The position numbers and the translations under genes were made by a program. A model generated the notes under the pieces. That model saw nothing but the letters and a program-made list of their open reading frames with translations, was not told where the DNA came from and ran no database searches. From Eledone cirrhosa (lineage: Eukaryota), in NCBI GenBank assembly GCA_964016885.1, contig OZ024741.1, positions 367,846,001 to 367,910,000 of the forward strand: DNA of 64,000 bases. Reading direction: 5' to 3'. Position 1 is the stretch's first letter, and each line of letters opens with the position of its first letter. This document shows, piece by piece, positions 1 to 11,620 of this stretch.

Positions 1-45
1 TTTTTCTTTTTTTTTGGGGGGGGGTGACCACTTATAGCGATGAAC

Positions 46-77
46 GGCTGCGTGTTCGTATCACGTCAGGGTTACCA
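46..77 (-). promoter_or_regulatory. Primer-binding site (tRNA-Trp) of a Gypsy element extending left out of the window
   Basis: The + strand GGCTGCGTGTTCGTATCACGTCAGGGTTACCA resembles the 3' 32 nt of tRNA-Trp+CCA and abuts an LTR end at 79. Confidence 0.8.
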
Positions 78-78
78 A

Positions 79-398
79 TATAGCGAGGTTACTGAGGTGT
101 ATGAATGTAACAAGGAATACAGGGTTTGGTGTATAATATTTAATTAACAATGGTAGATAGTATAGTTGACATGTCAATAGGAATAGATGTTAGAATGAAA
201 CAAAGTTAGTAGTTACCGTTTTGATTGCCAGGCAAACGCGGCTGGCAGAGGACGCCTGGCCTTAGCCAGGACGCCGGAAGGGCAATGAGAGAAAGGAAGC
301 TTAAAGTTGTTAGTTTTATAGGGCTCTGACCGGAAGTTGCAGAAAGGGTTCCACTTCCCGTCTAGATCCTAATCAAAACAAGGGAGACAACCGCTACA
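79..398 (-). mobile_element. 5' LTR of a second Ty3/Gypsy (probably CsRN1-like) element
   Basis: The minus strand starts TGTAGCGGTT and ends AACCTCGCTATA (imperfect terminal inverted repeat). It has an internal TATAAAA (~314-320) and is followed directly by TGGTAACCCTGACGTGA (PBS). Confidence 0.7.
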
Positions 399-450
399 GT
401 AGTATTACTGATGCGAAGGATATACTGAAAACTACTTAGGAAATTAATAA

Positions 451-600
451 TTGTTTCTACTTTAGGCAAAAGGCCGGCAATTTGATGGGGAGGGGAAAGT
501 AGATTAAATCGACCCCAGTGCACAACTGGCACTTTATTTTATCGACCTCGTAAGGATAAAAGGTAAAGCTAACCTCGGCGGGATTTGAACTCAGAACGTA
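451..600 (-). mobile_element. 5'-truncated tRNA-derived SINE with 17-bp TSD
   Basis: ACTTAGGAAATTAATAA is duplicated at 434-450 and 601-617. The body (B-box GAGTTCAAATCC, CCTTTTATCCTTACGAGGTCGATAAAAT core on the minus strand) recurs at ~27440, 29740, 31740, 31925, 44455, 44683 and 44895. Confidence 0.85.
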
Positions 601-633
601 ACTTAGGAAATTAATAACATAAAACAAAAGGTA

Positions 634-1101
634 TGTAGCGACGTGGTTAGTCAGTCTGGTCACTACTTCCGATCAGATCCGAGAATAGTCCTTAGAAGGA
701 CTTATCGCATACAGTCTGATCAGATATGAAGATAGCCCTTAAAAGGACTGTTGTCGCATATAGCCCTTAAAAGAACTGTTGAGGATGGACAGACGAAAGC
801 ACAAGTTGAAAGGACGAAGCAAGGTACGATGTAAATTCGATCAGCTATTTATTTTCACATGAAGCGACGATACGATGTACAAAGCGTGGCAGAGGCGAGA
901 AACAACGATGCGCTAGCTGACTCTGCCAAATGTCGACTGACGAAGTGTTTGGAACCACTCTATTTATACAGAAAAAATTGTTTGATGTGTAGGCGTTTAT
1001 TCTGGTAGGTTCTAAGGGTTCTTTTGTTTCACGTTGAAGTAGCTAGCTAACAGGTAGATGGCGCTGTATATTTCACAGATGTTATTTCCGGTGGCTGTAC
1101 A
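634..1101 (-). repeat. 3' LTR (468 bp)
   Basis: Direct repeat of 5480-5976 with scattered substitutions and two short indels. Confidence 0.93.
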
Positions 1102-2028
1102 TTATTCCCCTGCCAGATCTTTTGTACAACAAAAGAGCGAAATATCGTATAGTAACGGGCCAGTGGTGCATTTGTCATGACAATAGCTCCAGGAGTGTCC
1201 AGCACGTTGTGAAATGTTGTGATCATCGAGTACAGGACAGAGTCGATGTAGAGATGATATGGCAAGATGTGTGTGACAGGAAGAGAAAAAAGAAATAAAC
1301 TATAAAATGACTTTGACCAGGTTTATGCAGGCATGATGAATGAGCCTGTTGCAATTTCGGTTGAGCTGCCTGTGAATTGCGTGACAAAAAGTCTAACTGG
1401 GCAGTGAAGATAACCGTAATGTGTGAACTGAATGGCCGTAAGCATGCTGCCTAAAAGTAAGTTTGCTCCACAGCATATGACTTGAGCGAATGCATGTGGT
1501 AAAAAAAATAGCGAGGCATTCTCGAGCTATTGAGTGAATATGTACGTGAAAAAAGAAGGCCAGTGTTTTGAGGATGCGATTTGTGAAATGCGTGATCAAA
1601 GAGAAAACATTTTGAAGTGTAAGAGTTAGAGGGACACAAATATCTATTGCTCAGTGTATGAACCAAAAGGTGAAACAAACGTGGTTGTATAGTATGCATG
1701 AAAAACAGAATATGTACACGCCTTGTATGTATATAAAAATTATGGCAATTACACAATCAATGTTACAGAACAAGAAAAGTAAAAAAATTTGAAAAACAAG
1801 AGAGAAGAAAAAAAAATGTTATACACAATGATATACAATGTTTGTTTTAAATAGTGTTTGTAATAAATAATGTTCATAATAAATAATGTTCTTCGTGACA
1901 TGAGCACATGGTCACTAAAAATTGCAATTGTTCAAGCAGAAAGTTCATTGTATTTGAAACTGGAAATAGTAAACACAAGAAAAATGGAAATGTTTTGCAC
2001 GAAGACTGATTAAGAAACTCACTTGAGG

Positions 2029-5000
2029 TTAATGGTAATTCACATATTGTGCCAACTTTGCAGGCCAATGGACGCGTCGTCCGCTTCTCGTGGCTGGAGA
2101 TGAAACAGGTGGCTCGCTGGGACAGCAATCTGTTGGAGTTTCTGGTGTAGAGACTGTAACAGTATCCATGATGGCTTTTTTTAATCTGTCCACGCTGACA
2201 GAATTCTGTTTACCATCTAGATCGAGAATAAAATATTTCGGATATTTTTTTAGAACACGATAAGGGCCAGAATATGGAGGTCGAAGATGCGCTGAGATGG
2301 TGTCGTTTCGAACGAAAACTTGTGTCCAATCTTTAATGTCTGAAGGTACGTGTGTGGCCGTGTTCTGTTGACGGGTGCTTTCAGGAGCAAGGTGAGACAT
2401 ATATTGTCGAAGACGGTGTACGTATGATCCTGGGTCTGGAACATGCTGAGGAGAGATGGGAGCAACCATCTGACCAGGTAGAACCAGGGTGGTGCCGTAC
2501 ATTAATTCTGCAGGTGTGTGTCCGAATTCCTCTTTAACGGTGGATCGAATGCCCAGAAGGATGAGTGGGAGGTATTCAAACCAGTGGGTCTTGTCTGGAT
2601 ATGCTTTTATTGCAGCTTTCAATTGACGATGGAATCTTTCCACGAGACCATTAGCTTGCGGGTGATAAGCTGTCGTGTGGATGTGTTTACATCCTAACAG
2701 ACGAGTCAGTTCCCTGAAGAGGTGGGAGTCAAATTGGCGTCCTCTGTCCGTTGTTATCTTCGCTGGGGCGCCATAACGTGATACCCAGTGTAAAACCAAA
2801 GTTTTAGCGACTGTTTCCGCTGAGGTATCATTTATGGGAGCCTCAGGCCAACGAGAAAATCGATCTATGCAGGTGAGCAAGTGTGTGTAGTTCTGTGATG
2901 GTGGTGGCGGTCCGACGATGTCGATATGCACATGATGAAAACGTGCATCAGGTTGCGCGAATGTGCCAAGTGGAGTTTTGATGTGTCTGTGGACTTTGGC
3001 TTTCTGGCAGGCAATGCAGCTCCTGGACCAGTCGCGCACGTCCTTGTTAATGTTAGTCCACACAAAACGAGCAGAGATGAGTTTCTGTGTAGCCCGGATT
3101 CCCGGGTGAGACAAGCAGTGTAAAGCAGAAAAAACTTGTCGACGATGCATCTGTGGTACGTACGGTCGTTCATGACCGGTAGAAAAGTCGCACCAAATTT
3201 GTCCCGGAGAAGAAGGAATGGGAACTTGCTGAAACTTGAGGGATGGCGAATGTCGGAGCTTGATAAACTCTTCGTCAGTCTCTTGGTCAGCTGCGATCTG
3301 TTGAAGGTCGATGCCTGAATGCACATGTATTGCGTTCAGCTGGATTCGGGACAGGGCGTCGGCTGCTACGTTGTCTGATCCCTTGAAATGCCGAATATCA
3401 GTTGAATATTGGGAGACAAAATCCAGGTGTCGGAGTTCTCTCGGTGAATGTCGATCAGGTTTGGTACGGAACGCATAAACTAGTGGTTTATGGTCCGTGT
3501 AGATCACGAAATCTGATCCTTCGAGCATGTGCCGAAAATGCTTAACCGAAAGATAGGTTGCCAAGAGTTCGCGGCCAAAGGTACTGTATTTCGTTTCTGC
3601 CGGTTTCAACCGCTTAGAAAAGAAGGATAAGGGTTGCCACACGCCGTCGACATGTTGTTGTAGAACGCCTCCAACCCCCGTGTCTGATGCGTCCACTAGC
3701 AGCGAAAGAGGAGCGCCAGACCTGGGGAAAACGAGCATGGAAGCGTTTGCCAACATTTCCTTCAGGCAGTTAAAAGATGTTAATTCTTCCTCGTTTAGAG
3801 TGATCTCTTCGTTTTTGCGAGTCCGGTTACGAAGAAGGTCCGTGAGGAGTCTGGCTGCGTCGGAACAATGAGGGATGAACCGCCTATAAAAATTCACCAG
3901 ACCGAGGAATTCACGCAGTTTCCGAAGTGATGTAGGTGCGGGAAAACTGCGGATAGCTTCTACTTTCTCGAGAAGTGGACGAATGCCGTCTTTATCGATG
4001 ATGTGCCCGAGAAAGGACAGTGAAGGAACGCCGAGAAGGCACTTGCTGGGGTTGATGATGATACCGTACTCAGCCAAACGTCGGAAAAGGAGATCTAAGT
4101 GCTTCTCGTGTTCATGCACGGAAGTACTTGCTACCAGCACGTCGTCAATATACGCGTATACGAAGGTTAGATCGCGTAACACGGTGTCAATAAACCGCTG
4201 AAAAGTTTGTGCAGCGTTGCGCAGACCGAACGGCATTCGCAGGAATTCGAATAAACCGAACGGTGTTGTGATTGCGGTCTTCGGAATGTCTGCAGGCTCC
4301 ATAGGTATCTATGGTTATATGCACACACCAAATCTACCTTGGAAAAGATGCGTGCGCCTTGCAGAGAGGCAGAAAAATCGTGCAGGTGAGGTACAGGGTA
4401 ATTATCGGGCACTGTAGAATTGTTAAGTGCACGATAATCCCCACATGGTCGCCAATCATTCTAGTTTTTTGGGGGAACAAGGTGTAGGGGTGCAGACCAG
4501 TTGCTGGAGGAAGGGCGTATGATTCCGAGGTCCAGCATGTGTTGGAACTCCTGTTTGGCGATTCTCAATCGGTCTGGAGGCAGTCTCCTTGGTCAGGCAG
4601 CTGTGGGTGGTCCCTTTGTCTCGATGTGGTGCGTGACACTATGCTTAATAGGACCATCCTTAAATACCGGGCGAGTGATGTCTGGGTATTTCTGGAGAAT
4701 GCCGTTGTACCGCGAAGGCTCTGACTGGCAAATTACAGGGCTCACTGTGGATTGCGTGGTAAATATACCTCTCACAGTGAGGTTTGTGGTGGTGTCAATA
4801 AGCCTCCGGTTCTTCATATCCACCAGAAGGTTGAAGTGGGGGAGAAAATCGGCTCCTAGGATAGGGGTCGGCAGTTCTGCCACGACGAACACCCATTGAA
4901 AACGCCGCCTCAGGCCTAAATTGAGGGTCAGGGATTTTTCCCCGAAAGTGGGAATTGACGATCGGTTCACTGCCTGCAGAAAGGACGGGGTTGGGTGTTT

Positions 5001-5420
5001 TTTGCCCGAGATTAGTGAAACAGGAATAACACTAACCTGGGCTCCTGTATCCACGAGGTAACAGATGCCTGTCGCCTGGTCGTTAATAAAAAATAGACGA
5101 CTTTTCTTTTCAGTACCAGGGGTGAACGTCGTCGCCAGGCCATGTGTGGCATTCCGGAAAGAGCACGGGGCTTTGCACTTAGATGCCTGTGCGCCGAAAT
5201 TTGTGTGATACCAGCAGAGGTTGCCAGGCACACGATTTTGACTGGGACTACTGGATCTTCGACTGTGAAAAGGCCTGGATCGATTGTTGCTGCGTCGAAG
5301 GTGTGTTTGAAAGGTCAGGTTCTCTACTTGATTTGAGAGGGCTTTAATTTGACCAGCCAGCTCTCTGATCATAGCCCGCAGCTCTGAAATCTCGACCTCT
5401 GTCATTGGTTGCATGTCCAT
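2029..5420 (-). pseudogene. Disrupted gag-pol: CHCC knuckle, aspartic protease, RT, RNase H, integrase
   Basis: Motifs [50 protein letters not shown] + HIDIVG/TTDRG/GLVERF, PYSGPY. In-frame stops near 4593 and 4461 and a frameshift near 4310. Confidence 0.92.
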
Positions 5421-5445
5421 GTTGGTATTTTCTTAGGTGCTGTCT

Positions 5446-5477
5446 GGTTGCGCGTTCGACTCACGTTCGGGTCACCA
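5446..5477 (-). promoter_or_regulatory. Primer-binding site (tRNA-Trp), extended to 32 nt
   Basis: The + strand reads GGTTGCGCGTTCGACTCACGTTCGGGTCACCA, 2 nt from the 5' LTR. Confidence 0.85.
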
Positions 5478-5479
5478 AT

Positions 5480-5976
5480 TGTAGCGACGTGGTTAATCAG
5501 TCTGGTCACTACTTCCGATCAGATCCGAGAATAGCCCTTAGAAGGACTTATCGCATACAGTCTGATCAAATCTGAAGATAGCCCTTAAAAGCTCTGTTGT
5601 CGCATATAGCCCTTAAAAGAACTGTTGAGGATGGACAGACGAAAGCACAAGTTGAAAGGACGAAGAAAGGCGCGATGTAAATTCGATCAGCTATTTATTT
5701 TCACATGAAGCGACGATACGAGGTACAAGGCGTGTGTGAGTGACAAAGCGTGGCAGAGGCGAGGAACAACGATACGCGAGTTGACTCTGCCAAATGTCGA
5801 CTGGCGAAGTGTTTGGAACCACTCTATTTATACAGAAACAATCGTTTGATGTTTAGCCGGTGTGTAGGCGTTTATTCTGGTAGCTTTTAAGGATTCTTTT
5901 GTTTCACGTTGAGGTAGCTAGCTAACAGGTAGATGGCGCTGTATATTTCACAGATGTTATTTCCGGTGGCTGTACA
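5480..5976 (-). repeat. 5' LTR (497 bp)
   Basis: TGTAGCG...TGTACA; repeat of 634-1101; followed by the PBS on the minus strand. Confidence 0.93.
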
Positions 5977-6429
5977 GGTATGCTTCGGTATTGTAATAAT
6001 CCCTTCCTGCAGACTGATCAACCACATCATGCTCTTTGAACGATCCAACATACACATCATAATTATTCATAAACGATTTATAACGAACATCAACACAGAA
6101 AAACAAAATAGCCCCGCAATATACAACGCCATAGACATAAAAGCGCAGACTGCACAATTCGCTTTAGAAGATCACAAGCCTAATTTCCCCCGGGAAGGTA
6201 AATGGAAAGAAATAACGGTTTTGTTTCACAAAGTCGATAGCGACAGCCGACATTCGAAAGCTGGTCAGGAATTTGGTGAAACGATAGTTTATTTACTTTT
6301 CAATATTATTCTCCAGTCTTAAAAAATTGCATGTGTATATCAATATTTGTTCCACTTGAAACCGTTTCTCTAAATGAATATTTTTTTTTACCAATCTCTG
6401 TTTTACCAATACATTTGTCGTTCTAAAAT

Positions 6430-6940
6430 ATTTAATTAAATAAACCACCCCAAAAAAGTATGTTAATGCTAGTTCATAACATTCTCACATCACAAAACAA
6501 GTTTCACACTTTAAATATGTGATTCATTCCACAGCGCGTCCTAGAATCGAGGCTACAAAGTATCCAAGTGCTGATAGAAAAAACAAAAACTGTTTTATTC
6601 AAAAGTCGGTACCGGTTCGCGTCTCGACGTTGATAAAAAGAAATTGCCACATGTGATAGCGAAGATATGGCGCTGAAATAACCAAGCATTCTCACAAGTA
6701 TCACCTGATATGTCAGTAAGGTGAGCCGCCAACAATGACAAGAACGCAGTTGTCAACAGCCCAGCTCCCCCAAAACGTCTCGAACACCACATGCTGGAAT
6801 ATATACTTTGTCGATAATTCCTGGTATTTTAGAATTTTATTCTGTTCAACTAAGCAAGCAGTGGCCCGCATCTTCGCCGCAGTATTTAGGATATAAGAAG
6901 AAACAAAAAAGTAGCTGCGACGTCCCAATTGAAACATCTA
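6430..6940 (-). mobile_element. 3' fragment of a CRE-clade (RLE) non-LTR retrotransposon, decayed
   Basis: Frameshifted translation WDVAA..SYILNTAAK..EQNKILKYQELSTKYIFQHVVFETF/GGAGLLTTAFLSLLAAHLTDISGDTCENAWLFQRHIFAITCGN matches the restriction-like endonuclease C-terminus (K..KY, FETxG, FQRxSxAIxRGN). Confidence 0.75.
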
Positions 6941-7713
6941 ACATTCTCTTCTAATATATATATATTTATATATATTTGAAAAGGGAAGTAAGGTTCTATA
7001 CAAAACGGTGATTATAGAGAAAAGGTGAAGTTGGAAATAGCACGGAAAATATATTTAAGGGTCCGTTTTTCTTTTTTTGATTCGTTGAAGTGACATTATT
7101 GAAAAAATGAGAGGCACAATTCTTTTAAAAAAGAGTTTTATCATGTATATAAAGTATTACCGGTTTCGATGTATTAGTAAAATTCATCTTATCAAATGTT
7201 GAGTATTACAATTAAAAAGAATTGATAAGAATTAAAAACTAAAAATTAAAGATTTAGAATTAAGAGGTAAGTTTTTTCATCCTCCTTGTTGAGAAGGAGA
7301 CTGGAAAATGAACTCTTGTGTATAGAGAGAGAGGTGGTAGTAGCAGTAGCAGTGTTGGTAGTTATGTTTCTTCACAGAACAAAATTGTTTCTAGGGACAA
7401 AGGAAATATTCTGTAAATATGTGTGTATCTCAATTGTGTTAATGGGCGAAGGGGAAATTGTAAGCTAGAGACAAATTCTATGGGAATGGCGACAGTAGGG
7501 TTGTAAAAGAAGAAATTCTATTTTTGGAAAACGGTTTAAGAGAGTGTGTGTACGAGTGAGAGTGTATATATAAAAATATACACACATGTAGGGGGGGGGT
7601 GCTTCAGCCTGTCTGTCACAAATCCCTTTGTGGTGGGAAATTAATATATATATATATATATGTGAGAAAAACCACAGATGTGAGAAAAACCACAGACCCT
7701 CCATCTCAACTCA

Positions 7714-7751
7714 CCTTTTGAAAAGCAGAAGAACTGCGAAACCGGTAAAGG
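7714..7751 (+). ncRNA. Degenerate minimal hammerhead ribozyme motif
   Basis: CCTT-TTGAAAA-GCAG agaa CTGC-GAAACCGGTA-AAGG: stems I and II pair, stem III is palindromic (ACCGGT), and the CUGANGA core is mutated. Confidence 0.5.
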
Positions 7752-7882
7752 AACCAAATAAATATATATATTTTTTTTTAAAATAAGACTCCAGTTGCAT
7801 TTTCGATTTCATCTCTTTTTCTTTATACTTTCACTCGTGTAGGACACCTCGGTTATTTTTCATTTTGTAAAAAAACCCTCAC

Positions 7883-7929
<47 letters not shown>

Positions 7930-7969
7930 GAGAGTGGGTGAGTGTGTTAGATATTTCAATTGGAACGTA

Positions 7970-9084
7970 CAGGGTGTTCGAGCTAAATTTGACAGGTTTG
8001 TTTTTTAGGGAGAAAAGTGAATATCTTGGTCAAAAATAAATGTATTGGGAAAATAGAAAGTGTTATAAAGATTAAAACAATCAAAAGAGAAAATTCACTC
8101 AAAGAAGCCACCCTCAGCATCCATTACTGCCCCGATCCAGCTCCAGAATCTGGCACATGCGGCGTTCACGGTGTCCCCAGTGAGAGTCTCAAACACCTCT
8201 TTAATTCTGTCAATCAGATGGGTCTTGGTATTACAGGCAGTGCAGTTAGGGTCCTTCTCAACCCTGCCCCAAATTGCAATCACGGACGTTAGGAGGCTAA
8301 CCGTTGAGGCTGGTGAAGTCGTAAAAATTCTGACAACCATTTCTGAGTCTTCACAGACATGTGGCAAGGAGCTGATTCTTTCTACCACACATATGGTCTT
8401 CTAGAAACCATCCTCTCCAGCTAAGGCTTAACCACGGTAATCATCAACTCCACATAGCCAGCCAAATTGAGCCTGAGACCCTGTTCAAAGGTGTGATGTG
8501 GCATGACGTCACAGGAGACTTATCCAAAAATCATTCCAGTTTGGGAAAATTTGGTCTTCATGACACGAGGAAAGTCATATATTGATTGTAGGCAAGCCAT
8601 CTGTTGTTCTGGGTGTTGTGCACCTTGTCCCAACAAAAATTATTTTCATCCGAGAAGAACCAGATTGTCCCTGGTTCAACAGGATGTTTCACTTTGTTCA
8701 GGAGTTTCTTTGCCTTTGTCATGCGGTTTTCTCGGGCCTTTTCTGTAAAATGTTGACCTTTACGACTCTTGCATGAGTGGTAGTGGAGGTCCTCATTCAA
8801 ATCCAACTTCATCGTGGAAGCTGCAACACCCATTTCCCATGCTAAAACTTGAATTCTTTTGCCTGGGCGTTCCATCACTTTCTCCTACAGTTGTTGGATA
8901 AATTCTGGTGTACGAAGGCAATCAGAATGCCTGCTCTGTTATTTCCTACAAGCCACGTCTTTGTAGTCTCCGTTGCAGCTCTTCATTTGATGTTTCACAA
9001 TGCTGTTCACTTTTTCACAGATACAAGGGTATATTTGGAGAAAAAATTTTTTATTCGACTATCAAATTTACCCCGAACACTCTG
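7970..9084 (-). mobile_element. Tc1/mariner superfamily (maT/DD37D-like) DNA transposon with decayed transposase
   Basis: TA TSDs; 26-bp TIRs CAGGGTGTTCGAGCTAAATTTGACAG / CTATCAAATTTACCCCGAACACTCTG; ORF remnants FFSDENNF..HNTQNNRW and AIWGRVE..AACARF..AEGGFFE. Confidence 0.85.
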
Positions 9085-9213
9085 TATATATATATTAATG
9101 ATTCAAAGCGCCTAACCGGTATCTTTGAGATAAGGGGCTTCGATTTCTCGTAGTAGCCGATAGCAACTTTTTCCGTTTTTAAGGGTCTTCATCCTATTTT
9201 ATAAGCTATTTTA

Positions 9214-9389
9214 CGAGGGTCGGCTGAAAAGTTCACAGACTGACCATGATGTAATTATGCTAGAACTGTGAAATCATGCTTGCATTAATTTCAACTCATC
9301 TTATTAATAACTGCATTGTTTCTTTCCAGAAACTATGTTGAAAAATAAACCTCATTTGGTCAGCCTATTAACTTTTCAGTCGACCCTCT
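9214..9389. mobile_element. Mariner-type MITE just upstream of GEN1
   Basis: TA-flanked ~32-bp TIRs CGAGGGTCGGCTGAAAAGTT / AACTTTTCAGTCGACCCTC. Confidence 0.8.
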
Positions 9390-9424
9390 TATAGTATAAT
9401 ATCTCTGCGCATGAGCACACCATT

Positions 9425-9459
<35 letters not shown>

Positions 9460-9554
9460 ATAACTAGTTAATTGAACACTGCCTATGTTCGTGTAGTAGC
9501 AGAATAAGGTAAAGACTGGTAATGTTTTGTTTGCTTTTTTAGACGTTTCATGTA

Positions 9555-9703
9555 ATGGGAGTACATTCACTATGGCAAATTCTACAACCCGTCAATGAGG
9601 AGGTGTCGTTAGCAGAACTACGTGATTGTAAAGTTGCGATAGACTTGAATACTTGGATTGTAGAAAGTAAATTATGTACTATATACAAGAATATCTATTT
9701 AAG
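9555..9703 (+). CDS. GEN1: GEN1 resolvase coding exon 1 (XPG-N: MGVHSLWQILQP..AIDLNTWI)
   Basis: Rad2/XPG-N signature closest to GEN1 (MGVxxLWQILxP); GT donor at 9704, phase 2. Confidence 0.92.
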
Positions 9704-10124
9704 GTAGGAGAATGTTTTGCAATTTTTCTTATATTACACACACAAGTTGATTTATTCATTTTCTTAAAACCTAGCTATGTTGTTTCAAAAAAGCAAGTGT
9801 TCGCTAAGCCTATTTAGAGAATTACTAATTATAAAAATTGGGTTTTCCCTCCTTTGTAGACTACTAATATTACTAGATCAGAATCCTGTGTGCGTCTGTA
9901 TGTGTGTGTTTGTTTATTAATTTTCTGCAAGAAAAGGGTAGCAATGACTTTGAGTTTCAGCGAATTGAAGCTTCTGTGCAGCCAAAAGTAACTAATTCGC
10001 TGAAATTTCAAAGTCACTGACACAATTTTGGTGACAGAAAATGTCGTACACTCTGCTCACATGTATTGAGTGTTCATTCTGTTACTGTTTGAATGTTTTA
10101 TGTACACTGGTATTTAAATATATA

Positions 10125-10158
<34 letters not shown>

Positions 10159-10429
10159 GGAAAATGTATGACCCCGACGGCAGAGCTCAAGCCGTTTCTA
10201 CGGGTATTTCTGGACTATTACCCACTGGACTATTACCCTAAGTATTGAGTACTCTGGTGCGTTATGGTCCATCTGGTTCCTTACCACACCTCCTTCGTTT
10301 TATATATATATATATATATATATTCGCCCACTTATTCCTGGGAGGGTCATGGGGTTAGAATCCTTCAACACGCCTTCCAGCGGGCCTCCCCCAACCCCCT
10401 TTATCTCCCCCCTCCCCCTTTATCTCTCT

Positions 10430-10660
10430 GGTTAGAGCGTTGGGCTTACAATCGTGAGATTGTGGGTTCGATTCTCGGACCGGGCTTTGCGTGTGTTCTT
10501 GGGCAAGACACTTTATTTAACGTTGCTCCAGTTCACTCAGCCGTAGAAATGAGTTGTGACGTCACTGATAACAAACTGTATCGGGCTTTCCCTTGGACAA
10601 CATTGGTGAAGAGGAAAGGCCGGTATGCATGGGCGACTGCTGGTCTTCTACACACAACCT
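10430..10660 (+). mobile_element. tRNA-derived SINE (second family)
   Basis: A/B-box-like TGGTTAGAGCG..GGTTCGATTC followed by TTGGGCAAGACACTTTA core; related copy at ~51550-51780. Confidence 0.7.
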
Positions 10661-11439
10661 TTAGTTTGGGTTGGGTTAATTTTTTAGTTTAGTAATAACT
10701 TTGCTAATCTATTAATTTTATTACTTCCATAAGTCTTTAAGAATTTTTATGTAATTTAGAAATTACTTCTAAGTTTTTCACATCTGATAATTTTGATTAT
10801 GGAAGTCATTGAAGAACGAAACTAAATATTTTTGGTTCTGAGTTCATGTCCTGCTCGGTAGACTTTAGGATAAAATAATTGCCCAGCATGTATTGGTTAG
10901 GAATCGATATCCTATTAATGAAGAATTTGGAGCAGTTATATACTAATGTAAAGTATAACATATATAATATGCATGATGATTGTTTCTCAGTAGAAAGGTT
11001 AAATTTATTGAGCTGCTTCTACTGTGACTAGTACTTCGTAGTTCTTTCTAGTGAATACGACGTCCACTCCTATTTACCACCACAGTTAAAACATTCACAC
11101 CATGCTGTCTATGCTTTTGGCTAACTCTCGGATCCCGACAGATATAAAGGTATTTTGTCTTCTACTGGAATTATCCAAATATGATTCCTCAGATAATTAG
11201 TTTCGCATCTTCCGTAGCTTTACCGAAATCGATAGTTGGTAATCGATAACCGATTACTTAGATCGAATTTTGCTTCGGTTTGCGAACTATGAAACGGTAC
11301 CGTAAGGAAAAAAAGAACTTTTCCACCTTAAAGTATGTACTTTTTCGTAAATATTATGCGCTTTATAAAATACTGTTTCTCAAACGATCTCTCTCTCTCT
11401 CTCTCATTTATATATATTTCTTTTTTCTTCAATAACCAG

Positions 11440-11620
11440 AAATGTTTTCTTGCGCACCATAGAGTTTTTGATAAACGGAATTCAACCATGTTTTGTGATT
11501 GATGGAAGAGTCCCAGAGTTAAAGGATTCAACAATATACAAACGCAGAAAGCTTTCATGCAACAAAGATTGTTCCCACCCAATTCTTAGGGAACGTTCTC
11601 AGTCCATCAGTTCTCAGAAG
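11440..11620 (+). CDS. GEN1: GEN1 coding exon 2 (RNVFLR..FVIDGRVPELK..KR)
   Basis: AG/GT bounded, 181 nt, phase-compatible; matches the NLFFR..FVMEGEPPKLK..KR block. Confidence 0.9.

Larger units (their letters stand above)
634..5976 (-). mobile_element. Ty3/Gypsy LTR retrotransposon, CsRN1 clade, both LTRs present, defective
   Basis: LTRs 634-1101 and 5480-5976 (TG...CA); TSD GGTA at 630-633 and 5977-5980; PPT GGCAGGGGAATAA (1102-1114, minus); tRNA-Trp PBS; CHCC Gag knuckle; PR-RT-RH-IN order; GPY motif. These are CsRN1-clade hallmarks. Confidence 0.93.

Noticed and set aside
1047-2128. Short minus-strand ORFs between pol and the 3' LTR as a possible env or accessory gene
   Set aside because: The ORFs are short, overlapping and low-complexity, with no signal peptide, fusion or TM organisation I can support.
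9509-9542. Apparent 34-nt GT-AG intron just upstream of the GEN1 ATG
   Set aside because: Too short for a typical metazoan spliceosomal intron. The acceptor probably pairs with a more distant donor, and this cannot be resolved without transcripts.
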